NCBI GenBank assembly: GCA_902617805.1
Contig: CACMYF010000002.1
Location: forward strand, 5,889 to 69,888
Length of the DNA stretch: 64,000 nt
DNA from: an uncultured Pelagibacteraceae bacterium
Lineage (GTDB): Bacteria; Pseudomonadota; Alphaproteobacteria; Pelagibacterales; Pelagibacteraceae
Direction: 5' to 3'
Positions 30,815 through 38,891 of this stretch are shown here, one piece after another. Positions within the stretch are counted from its first letter, which is position 1. The number at the start of each line of letters is the position of its first letter. The position numbers and the translations under genes are program-made. The notes beneath the pieces are model-generated. The model had not been told where the DNA came from. It saw nothing but the letters and a program-made list of their open reading frames with translations, and did no database searches.

Positions 30815-31344
30815 ATTTTCTCAGAAATATTTATTGCAATTTTTGATCCAGTTTTAATAATTTTATCTAATATAGAGTATGGACCTTCTTTTGTAGCACC
30901 TTTTTCATAGGCAATATCCTTATGACTTAATTCATCTTCTCTAAATTTAATTATTTTTTTTTTAAGTTTTGATTCACTATTATCAAGTTGTTTTATTTGG
31001 TTTAAATAATGCTCATCTATCACTTCTTCAACGGAAGCAGTGCAAAGCATAGCTGCTTTCTTACCAAGTAAAGTTGAACCAAAACCCAACCCCACACCCA
31101 ATAAATCCCATAAGGGTAAAAATTTTGTCGGTTTTATATTTCTTTTTTTAATTTCTTTTTCAAAAAAATTAGAATGTTCTTTTTCATGAACTTTCATTTC
31201 TTCAATTGTTTTTTTTAAAGCTTCATCTTTAACTAATGTATTTAGAGCAAGCAATTGTCCCTCATAAATTTTAACAGCACCACGCTCCCCAGCATGATCA
31301 ACTCTAATAAATTCTTCTATTTTCTTTTTATTTATTGTTGTCAT
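30811..31344 (-). CDS. coq7: Demethoxyubiquinone hydroxylase (Coq7 diiron family)
   Basis: RVDHAGERGAVKIYEGQ, VEEVIDEHY, FREDELSH. Confidence 0.9.
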   Translation of the reverse strand: MTTINKKKIEEFIRVDHAGERGAVKIYEGQLLALNTLVKDEALKKTIEEMKVHEKEHSNFFEKEIKKRNIKPTKFLPLWDLLGVGLGFGSTLLGKKAAMLCTASVEEVIDEHYLNQIKQLDNSESKLKKKIIKFREDELSHKDIAYEKGATKEGPYSILDKIIKTGSKIAINISEKI

Positions 31345-31813
31345 AGTTTAAATAAGATCTTGTTGTAAAATATACTATTAATATTGATATTATAATGTTG
31401 TAACTTGTAAGTGATAATCCTAAAATTTTAAATGTAACATCTTTGCAGCTCACATTCTTTTCTTGTAACTGTCTTAATATATCTTCTTTTGATAGTAAAT
31501 TAGAGCCATTTTTTAAATCGCAAACCAATGATTCTTCAATAAAACCTTGCTCAATACCTAAATGATATAAAGATAAAATAGTAGCAGCTAAAAAAATTAA
31601 AATAAGAGAAAGAATGAAATATTTTTCAAGTTTTTTAAATTTATAATTTAATACAATAATTATTAATGCTAATAGGTATGGAATTCTTTCCAATATACAC
31701 AAGTTACAAGGTTGATGACCTAAAATATATTCAATAGAAAATGCTGAAGATAAAGCAATAATGCTAATTAAAAAAATTAACTTTAATGTAATTGTTTTGT
31801 TAATCTCAACCAT
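31328..31813 (-). CDS. dsbB: Disulfide bond formation protein B family
   Basis: PCNLCILERIPY in a multi-helix membrane protein, plus a second Cys pair. Confidence 0.85.
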   Translation of the reverse strand: MVEINKTITLKLIFLISIIALSSAFSIEYILGHQPCNLCILERIPYLLALIIIVLNYKFKKLEKYFILSLILIFLAATILSLYHLGIEQGFIEESLVCDLKNGSNLLSKEDILRQLQEKNVSCKDVTFKILGLSLTSYNIIISILIVYFTTRSYLNYDNNK

Positions 31814-32411
31814 TAAATTTTAAAAATAAATAAATAATAATAAATATTATAACTATAATAATCCCAATTATGGTGAACCATTTTGATCCATGTTTTTCCA
31901 TGAACTCTGTAAATAATTGCCCAAATTTATAGGAAAGATAAGCAACTATAAAAAATCTTAGACTTCTTGAAATTAAGCTTACAATTATAAAAACAGGAAG
32001 ATTAAAAGCAATTAAACCGCTCGAGATTGTAAAAGCTTTATAGGGCAATGGTGTAAAGCCAGCTAAAAAAAGAATACTCAGCCATGCGAGGAATCCACTC
32101 CCTTGAGACATGCTTAATTTTAAATTTTCAACTTTATCTTGATAACCATAAAATTCGATTACATACATTGCTAAATCAAAAAATAAATAACCTATCAAAT
32201 ATCCAAAAATCCCTCCAAGAACTGAAAATATTGATGCTATTAAAAATATTTTCAAATATTCCTTTTTTTTAGCAATTACCATTGGAATTATCATTGCATC
32301 TGGAGGTATAGGGAAAAAAGAACTTTCAATAAAAGACACAAGCCCTAAATAAAAATTCGAACTTTTATGCGCCGCTAATTCTAAACATTTTTTGTAAAGT
32401 GTTTGAAACAT
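31806..32411 (-). CDS. YqaA/DedA family membrane protein
   Basis: SFIESSFFPIPPD, AGFTPLPYKAFTI, RSLRFF. Confidence 0.88.
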   Translation of the reverse strand: MFQTLYKKCLELAAHKSSNFYLGLVSFIESSFFPIPPDAMIIPMVIAKKKEYLKIFLIASIFSVLGGIFGYLIGYLFFDLAMYVIEFYGYQDKVENLKLSMSQGSGFLAWLSILFLAGFTPLPYKAFTISSGLIAFNLPVFIIVSLISRSLRFFIVAYLSYKFGQLFTEFMEKHGSKWFTIIGIIIVIIFIIIYLFLKFNG

Positions 32412-32472
32412 TTTTTGGTTTTAATATAAATTTAGTTCTTATACTATTAAATATAATTTAATTGAATACTAA

Positions 32473-32557
32473 GGGCGAATGGCGGAACTGGTAGACGCGC
32501 ACGACTCAAAATCGTGTTTCGCAAGAAGTGAGAGTTCGATTCTCTCTTCGCCCACCA
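32473..32557 (+). tRNA. tRNA-Leu(CAA)
   Basis: Acceptor GGGCGAA/TTCGCCC + ACCA; anticodon arm CACGA-CTCAAAA-TCGTG; long variable arm; GTTCGA T-loop. Confidence 0.97.
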
Positions 32558-32564
32558 AGAAACT

Positions 32565-34295
32565 ATGAATTTAGATAATTTAAATAATTTGATAGAATTA
32601 TTTGCTAATCAAGCAAATAAACAAAATAAAAGAGATATTTTTTTAGAATGGCTAAACCCAAGTAATAAAAAAACATACACCTGGGAACAAACTGAAAAGA
32701 ATATTTTAAAATTATCAAAAGTTATTAAGGAAAATATAGAAGAAGGCGATAGATGTCTTTTAGTTTCTGAGAATAGACCTGAGTGGTTCATTTCTGATTT
32801 AGCTATCATGTTAGCTGGGGGAATTACAGTTCCAGCATATACAACTTATATAGAAGATGATTACAAGTATTTGTTAGAAGATTGTGAACCCAGCTTAGTT
32901 ATTGTTTCAAATAATGAAATGCTAAAAAAATTAAATAATTCAATTAATGAAAAAGACTTTATTAAAAAAGTTATAACTTTAGATGAAATAGATAAGGTAA
33001 CAAAAAATTTAAGTTTAAATAACAAAGAAAAATATTTAGATTATAATTCTATTTTAAGTAATAATTCATTAGTAGAGGATAAAATTGAAAATAATAAATT
33101 AAAAAGAAATTCCCCTGCATGTATCATTTATACTTCTGGTACTGGAGGCAATCCTAAAGGAGTAGTCTTAAGTCATGGTGGAATTTTGAATAATGTCGTT
33201 GGATCGTGTGAAATTACAAAACCATTATTTAATTCAAGACCAGTATTTTTAACTTGGCTTCCACTTTCTCATTCTTATGAGCACTGTCTTCAATTTGTAC
33301 AGATAGCAGTAGGAGCTAGAGTATTCTATGCTGAAAAAATTGAAAAACTTCTAGAAAATATATCTGAAGCAAAGCCTACAATTATGGCAGCTGTCCCTAG
33401 GTTTTACCAAAACCTTTACAACAAAATAAACATGAATTTAAAAAAACAAACGGGTTTTAAAGCAAAATTAATTGAAGCAACTCTTCGTCTGGGAAGAAAA
33501 AAACTATTAAATCAAAAAATGACCTTTTCTGAAAAATCAATGAATTTTATTGTTGATATATTAGTTAGAAAAAAAATAAAAAAACAATTTGGTGGAAATT
33601 TAAAAGCTTTTGTTTCAGGTGGTGGTGCTCTAGATAAAGAAATAGGTGAATTTTTAAATGCCATAGGATTACCTACTCTCCAGGGTTATGGTTTAACAGA
33701 AACATCACCAGTAGTAAGTTGCAATCCAATACATAAAATCAAAGTGGAAACTGTAGGTCCTCCATTTAAAGGAAATGAAGTTAAAATTGCTGAAGATGGA
33801 GAAATTTTAGTTAAAGGCGAAAATGTAATGCTAGGATATTGGAACAAAAAAGAAGAAACTGAAAAAGTAATTATAAATGGATGGTTGCATACAGGTGATA
33901 TTGGAGAGATAGATCCAAATGACGGTTATTTAAAAATTACTGATAGAAAAAAAGATATCATAGTAAGTGCTGGTGGAGATAACATTTCACCTGCTAAAAT
34001 TGAAAATATGATTACGAATGAACCAGAGATAGATCAATGTATGGTTTATGGTGATAAAAAAAATTATTTAGTTGCTTTAATTGTTCCTAATAAAGATTTT
34101 TTAAATGAAAAAGAAAAAATAAATAAAGTAGTTGAAAAAATAAATAAAAAATTAACTTTATTAGAAAAGATAAAAAAAATTCAATTAATAGATGAAAATT
34201 TTTCTATTGAAAATGGTTTAATGACACCAACAATGAAAGTAAAAAGAAAAAAAGTTACAGAAAAATATAAAAATCAGTTAGAAAATCTTTATTAA
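32565..34295 (+). CDS. Long-chain fatty acid-CoA ligase (AMP-dependent synthetase)
   Basis: IIYTSGTGGNPKG, QGYGLTETSP, LHTGDIG, ITDRKKD. Confidence 0.92.
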   Translation: MNLDNLNNLIELFANQANKQNKRDIFLEWLNPSNKKTYTWEQTEKNILKLSKVIKENIEEGDRCLLVSENRPEWFISDLAIMLAGGITVPAYTTYIEDDYKYLLEDCEPSLVIVSNNEMLKKLNNSINEKDFIKKVITLDEIDKVTKNLSLNNKEKYLDYNSILSNNSLVEDKIENNKLKRNSPACIIYTSGTGGNPKGVVLSHGGILNNVVGSCEITKPLFNSRPVFLTWLPLSHSYEHCLQFVQIAVGARVFYAEKIEKLLENISEAKPTIMAAVPRFYQNLYNKINMNLKKQTGFKAKLIEATLRLGRKKLLNQKMTFSEKSMNFIVDILVRKKIKKQFGGNLKAFVSGGGALDKEIGEFLNAIGLPTLQGYGLTETSPVVSCNPIHKIKVETVGPPFKGNEVKIAEDGEILVKGENVMLGYWNKKEETEKVIINGWLHTGDIGEIDPNDGYLKITDRKKDIIVSAGGDNISPAKIENMITNEPEIDQCMVYGDKKNYLVALIVPNKDFLNEKEKINKVVEKINKKLTLLEKIKKIQLIDENFSIENGLMTPTMKVKRKKVTEKYKNQLENLY

Positions 34296-34414
34296 AATAT
34301 TTAATTAAAATTGTTTATTAACCGCATAAACATTAACTAAATTAATAAAAAAAAGTTTTATAAAAATAAAAAGTTAAAAATAATTTTTATAAAATTTAAC
34401 TTTTAATTAAAGAA

Positions 34415-34490
34415 TTGACATAACTTATAGAAAAAAATAAAAATATGGTAACAACGAATCAATATGATTCGTTTAACTAAAAAAGGGAGC
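34415..34490 (+). promoter_or_regulatory. Promoter, palindrome and RBS of the small basic gene
   Basis: TTGACA 34415-34420; AACGAATCA-ATA-TGATTCGTT 34453-34473; AAGGGAG 6 nt before the ATG. Confidence 0.6.
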
Positions 34491-34495
34491 TAAAG

Positions 34496-34588
34496 ATGCC
34501 TAAGAAAAGAAAAAAAGCGGCAAAGAAAACTAAGAAAAAAGCTAAGAAAAAAGCTAAGAAAAAAGCAAAAAAAAGAAGAAGAAAATAG
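34496..34588 (+). CDS. 30-aa Lys/Arg/Ala-rich basic protein (histone H1-tail/protamine-like; not in ORF track)
   Basis: MPKKRKKAAKKTKKKAKKKAKKKAKKRRRK; strong SD, upstream TTGACA, downstream terminator. Confidence 0.75.
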   Translation: MPKKRKKAAKKTKKKAKKKAKKKAKKRRRK

Positions 34589-34606
34589 TAACTTAGTATT
34601 CTTTAC

Positions 34607-34650
34607 AAAAAACGCTTCTCATTACAGTTTGTGTGAGAGGCGTTTTTTTT
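34607..34650. terminator. Bidirectional intrinsic terminator between the small basic gene and carD
   Basis: AAAAAACGCTTCTCA...TGAGAGGCGTTTTTTTT. Confidence 0.85.
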
Positions 34651-35546
34651 TACTCGTCAATCGGTTCGTCGTTATCAGAAATTGGCTCGTCTACAGGTAT
34701 TTCACTAGTTGGAGTTTTTGCAGTTGTTACTGGTTGAGGCTGCCCACCTAAATTTCTTTTTAGTGCTTTATCCAATTTTTTTTGAGTATCTTCTAATGAT
34801 ACGTTTAAAACAATCTGAAATTCAGACAGAATTCTTTCATAAGCTTTTTCAAATAATTGTCTTTCACTGTAAGACTGGTCGACCATAAGGTCATCACCCT
34901 TGTTTAAATCTCTGACAACCTCAGCTAATTCATATATTTTTCCAGAAGATATTTTTGCTTCATATTCTTGCGCTCTTCGACTCCACATTGATCTTTTAAT
35001 TTTTGGTTTACTTTTTAAAATTGAAATACATTTATTTACTTGATTAATAGTTGCTAACGGCCTTAAGTGAGACTGCTTGTTTACAGGGACCATTCCATTA
35101 GCTTTGTCCTTTTCAAATTTAATAACATACGTTTCAACATCAATTCCACCAATGTTGATCTTTTTAAATTCAGTAATTTGCCCTACTCCATGCTTTGGAT
35201 AAACAACATGATCTTTAATTTTGTATTCTCTTTTTTCGGTTTCTTGTTTTTTAACTTTTTTTATTTCAGGCTTAACTTCATTTGTTTTTGAAATCCTTAA
35301 ATTATCTACTTTCGGTTCAACTGTCGTTTCTGTAATTTTAACAGGTTTTTTTGTTTTAGTTAATTTAGGTGAAGCTTTTTTAATAACTTTTTTAGTTTTT
35401 TTTGAAACTATTTTTTTAGCTTTTTTGGCTTTTACTTTTTTTTTAAGGTTTACGGCCTTCTTTTTAGAAACTTTTTTTTTCACTTTTTTATCTTTTTTAC
35501 CTTTAAAGATTTTCTTTAAAATATTTTTCGTACTTATTTTGCTCAT
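34650..35546 (-). CDS. carD: CarD/CdnL transcription factor with long Lys-rich N-terminal extension
   Basis: [38 protein letters not shown]. Start uncertain: ATG 35546 overlapping fdxA, or GTG 35483. Confidence 0.9.
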   Translation of the reverse strand: MSKISTKNILKKIFKGKKDKKVKKKVSKKKAVNLKKKVKAKKAKKIVSKKTKKVIKKASPKLTKTKKPVKITETTVEPKVDNLRISKTNEVKPEIKKVKKQETEKREYKIKDHVVYPKHGVGQITEFKKINIGGIDVETYVIKFEKDKANGMVPVNKQSHLRPLATINQVNKCISILKSKPKIKRSMWSRRAQEYEAKISSGKIYELAEVVRDLNKGDDLMVDQSYSERQLFEKAYERILSEFQIVLNVSLEDTQKKLDKALKRNLGGQPQPVTTAKTPTSEIPVDEPISDNDEPIDE

Positions 35547-35829
35547 TTTTAAATTTTTCGTGATCCGCTGGTGGATCTTTTTTTTCACTTATGTTAGGCC
35601 AGATTTCAGAGTATTTTTTATTGATCTCTAACCATTTTTCACTTCCAGGTTCAGTGTCTGCTTTTATGGCATCGACAGGACATTCTGGCTCGCAAACGCC
35701 ACAATCTATACACTCATCGGGTTTAATTACAAGCATATTTTTACCTTCGTAAAAGCAATCAACCGGGCAGACATCAACACAGTCTGTTAGCTTGCATTTA
35801 ATACAATTGTCGTTAACGATATATGTCAT
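35503..35829 (-). CDS. fdxA: Ferredoxin FdxA (7Fe type)
   Basis: [31 protein letters not shown]. Confidence 0.95.
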   Translation of the reverse strand: MTYIVNDNCIKCKLTDCVDVCPVDCFYEGKNMLVIKPDECIDCGVCEPECPVDAIKADTEPGSEKWLEINKKYSEIWPNISEKKDPPADHEKFKNEQNKYEKYFKENL

Positions 35830-36236
35830 TTTGAATTTTGTTTAATTCTTTCTTTAATATCGCCCATTGTTTTATTGTCAATGTAAAGTAAACCCGCAAG
35901 TCGTCTCATTAAATTAGTTTCATATATATCAGCATCTTTGTTTGAATAGATTATAGACCACAAAGCCCCAATAATTTTAATTTTATCTTGCTCGGGTAAC
36001 CCCTTTACTTCTCGTGTAAAATCTAAAATTTGATTTGAGCTTTCTTCAATTTTTTTTGCCTCTTCAATTGTTTTAGAAATATTTTCATCTTCTACACCAA
36101 GCTCTTTAAGTGTTCTTTTAATAATTTCTTGCTCTTTATCAGTATAGTTCTCATCTATTTTTGCAGCATGAATTAATAAAGCACAAACTTTTGTGAGAAA
36201 ATTATTATTTTTTATTTCTTCTTTTTTAAAAAACAT
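35826..36236 (-). CDS. TerB-like family protein
   Basis: [40 protein letters not shown]. Confidence 0.75.
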   Translation of the reverse strand: MFFKKEEIKNNNFLTKVCALLIHAAKIDENYTDKEQEIIKRTLKELGVEDENISKTIEEAKKIEESSNQILDFTREVKGLPEQDKIKIIGALWSIIYSNKDADIYETNLMRRLAGLLYIDNKTMGDIKERIKQNSK

Positions 36237-36237
36237 T

Positions 36238-38718
36238 TTAATTTAAATTTAAATTCTTTAATATTTTAAATGGATTTTCGTTTGAGATCTTCTTCGTGGT
36301 AATTTTTTTAAATTTCTTAGTAGGACTATATTTAAAAAAAGTTTCATTTTCTTTTTCGAATATTTTATAATTCATTTTTTGAAGTAATTTTTTGAAATTA
36401 TCTTTACTACATCCTAAAAGATTTAACATTTCTGGAACTAATTTTGTTTCAGAATTTTCCTTTGAACTAGAATTTATTATTAATAGAAATAATCTTTCCA
36501 AAATATCAATTCTTACAAAAAAATTATCAAATTTTTCAAATCCACACAAAAGCATAAAGTTTCTATTTTTTACCTCTTTATCATCTAAAAAATTCAAACC
36601 AAAGGTAGGTGGTTTAAAATTATGAAATTTTTGATAAAAATTTTTCCACAATAACGTTCGCAAAGATACCGCTTCTGGTTTAATTAATTGATAAAGGAAA
36701 ACATGATATCTCCCAAACTTTACTCCCAAGTCTCTAAGAATTTTTCTTTCATTTTGGTCTAAGTTTTTTAGGTATTCAGAAACTTGATCTCGCTTTAACA
36801 CTCCATTATTTTCATATAGTTGGTATGCCAGTGCTTTAATTGATGAATTATTTTCTTTTATATTTTTTAAATCAATTAAACTTTTAAGAACGTTATTTAT
36901 TTTTGAATGTATCCATTTATTAATATAGTCATTTAATTTTTGTTTAGTGTTTTTTTCAATAACATCATCAACAATTAAATCAAAATTAGGATTTAAATAA
37001 TCATTACCTGTTGTTAATTTGGCAATTGGGAAATCATTCCAGTAAATTTTAAAATCTCCATTCAAACTAATTAATCCTGTATCAATTATTGATTGAACAC
37101 GTTTTTCTAATTCTGGACCAATAGTTTGCCTAGCTGCTTTTTTTAGAGATTTAATATCAGTTTCCAAAGCACCTTTTTTTAGATCTAGTTCTAATTTTAG
37201 TCCTTTTATCTTTCCGATGAATTGATCGTCAATTTTAACATCATTGTTTTGTAAAATTTCAGTTTTAAATTCCATATCTTGTTTTAAACCTCTAGCGAGC
37301 ACGCTTGCTCTTTTGTCAATAAAAGTTTTAGTAAGTTCTTCATGTAATCTGTCTGAAAGTCTATCTTCTAAGTGTTTAGTTTTTTCAATCCAATAACTTT
37401 GATTTTCTACCCAATTATTTTTATTCGAAACATATGACCAAGTTCTGACATTTGCAATTCTATTTGATAAAGAATCTACATTTCCATCTAATTTATCTAG
37501 TTTCATGAGCTGTAATCTCATATAATCTTCAGAAATTAGTCCTTTTTTACTAGTCAAAAATTTAAATACATTTCCAATAACCTCAAAATGATTTCCATAA
37601 GTTTTTTTAACAAAATCAGGTATTTGGCAACATTCCCATAAGAGTATTAAAGTTTTCTTGTCAAATCCTCTATTTAAAATTTTTTGATCTTTTAAAAAAT
37701 ATTTAAGTGCTTTTTCATCCTCACATTCATGAATTTTTCTTAGCCATTCCACCTGAGGTTTTTCCTCTAAACTTTTAATTAAACTAATTGGGTTATTGAA
37801 ATTAAGATTTGAATTTCTCCAAAACAAAGTTCTAATTTCTTCAAATTTATGATTTTCTAATAATTCTACCTCTTCTGGAGAGATTTCTTTACAATCACCA
37901 GTAATACCGAAACCTCCATCGTTAAGGTATCGACCAGCTCTACCGGCTATTTGACCTATTTCAGATAGATTTAATCTTCTTAATTTTTTTCCATCAAATT
38001 TCTTAACATTTGAAAAATAAACAAAATCTAAATCCATATTTATTCCCATTCCAATTGCATCTGTTGCAACTAAGAAATCGACATCCCCGGATTGATATAA
38101 TTCAACTTGGGCATTTCTTGTTTTTGGACTTAGTGATCCCATTACAATAGCAGCACCACCCTTTTGTCTTCTTATTAACTCAGCAATTGCATAAACCTCC
38201 TCTGCTGAAAACGCAATGATTGCTGTTTTTCTTTCAATTCTTGATATTTTTTTATGACCGGCGTAGGTAAGTTTAGATAATCTTTCTCTATTTATAAATT
38301 CAATATCTTCATTCAATTTTGAGATAATATTTTTAATGGTATTTGAGCCCATTAGCATTGTAAGTTTTTCTCCTCTCATATTTAAAAGTCTATCAGTAAA
38401 AATATGACCTCTTTCATGATCAGCACACATTTGAATTTCATCCACACCAACAAACTCTAGATGTTTGTCAATTGGCATAGACTCAACTGTGCACAAATAA
38501 TATTTAGCGTTAGATGGAATTATTTTTTCTTCTCCAGTTATTAATGCAACTTTATCTAAACTTATTTTCTTTATTACCTTGTCATAAACTTCTCTTGCAA
38601 GTAATCTAAGTGGAAATCCAATCATACCACTCTCAAAAGAAAGCATTGTTTCAATAGCAAGGTGGGTTTTTCCTGTATTAGTAGGACCTAGAACAGCTGT
38701 AATTTTATTTTTAGTCAT
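36238..38718 (-). CDS. Suv3/MgpS-like superfamily II helicase
   Basis: LGPTNTGKT, DEIQM, VATDAIGMGINM, QIAGRAGR. Confidence 0.92.
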   Translation of the reverse strand: MTKNKITAVLGPTNTGKTHLAIETMLSFESGMIGFPLRLLAREVYDKVIKKISLDKVALITGEEKIIPSNAKYYLCTVESMPIDKHLEFVGVDEIQMCADHERGHIFTDRLLNMRGEKLTMLMGSNTIKNIISKLNEDIEFINRERLSKLTYAGHKKISRIERKTAIIAFSAEEVYAIAELIRRQKGGAAIVMGSLSPKTRNAQVELYQSGDVDFLVATDAIGMGINMDLDFVYFSNVKKFDGKKLRRLNLSEIGQIAGRAGRYLNDGGFGITGDCKEISPEEVELLENHKFEEIRTLFWRNSNLNFNNPISLIKSLEEKPQVEWLRKIHECEDEKALKYFLKDQKILNRGFDKKTLILLWECCQIPDFVKKTYGNHFEVIGNVFKFLTSKKGLISEDYMRLQLMKLDKLDGNVDSLSNRIANVRTWSYVSNKNNWVENQSYWIEKTKHLEDRLSDRLHEELTKTFIDKRASVLARGLKQDMEFKTEILQNNDVKIDDQFIGKIKGLKLELDLKKGALETDIKSLKKAARQTIGPELEKRVQSIIDTGLISLNGDFKIYWNDFPIAKLTTGNDYLNPNFDLIVDDVIEKNTKQKLNDYINKWIHSKINNVLKSLIDLKNIKENNSSIKALAYQLYENNGVLKRDQVSEYLKNLDQNERKILRDLGVKFGRYHVFLYQLIKPEAVSLRTLLWKNFYQKFHNFKPPTFGLNFLDDKEVKNRNFMLLCGFEKFDNFFVRIDILERLFLLIINSSSKENSETKLVPEMLNLLGCSKDNFKKLLQKMNYKIFEKENETFFKYSPTKKFKKITTKKISNENPFKILKNLNLN

Positions 38719-38891
38719 TTCTATCTTTTGTGCTTCTTTTTTTTTACCTACCAGATATTGTTACTGCTAAAGAACAAAAATAGACTAAAACATGACCGAA
38801 TCGGAGGATAAAAAGTTCTCATTTTCTTTTATATGTTAGTGAGATTATCATAAATAAGATTAATTCTATAACAGTAATTTAATTTAATAAA

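Noticed and set aside
34396-34410. CtrA box TTAA-N7-TTAA next to the basic peptide promoter
   Set aside because: An all-AT motif expected often at this composition, and CtrA is, as I recall, absent from Pelagibacter.
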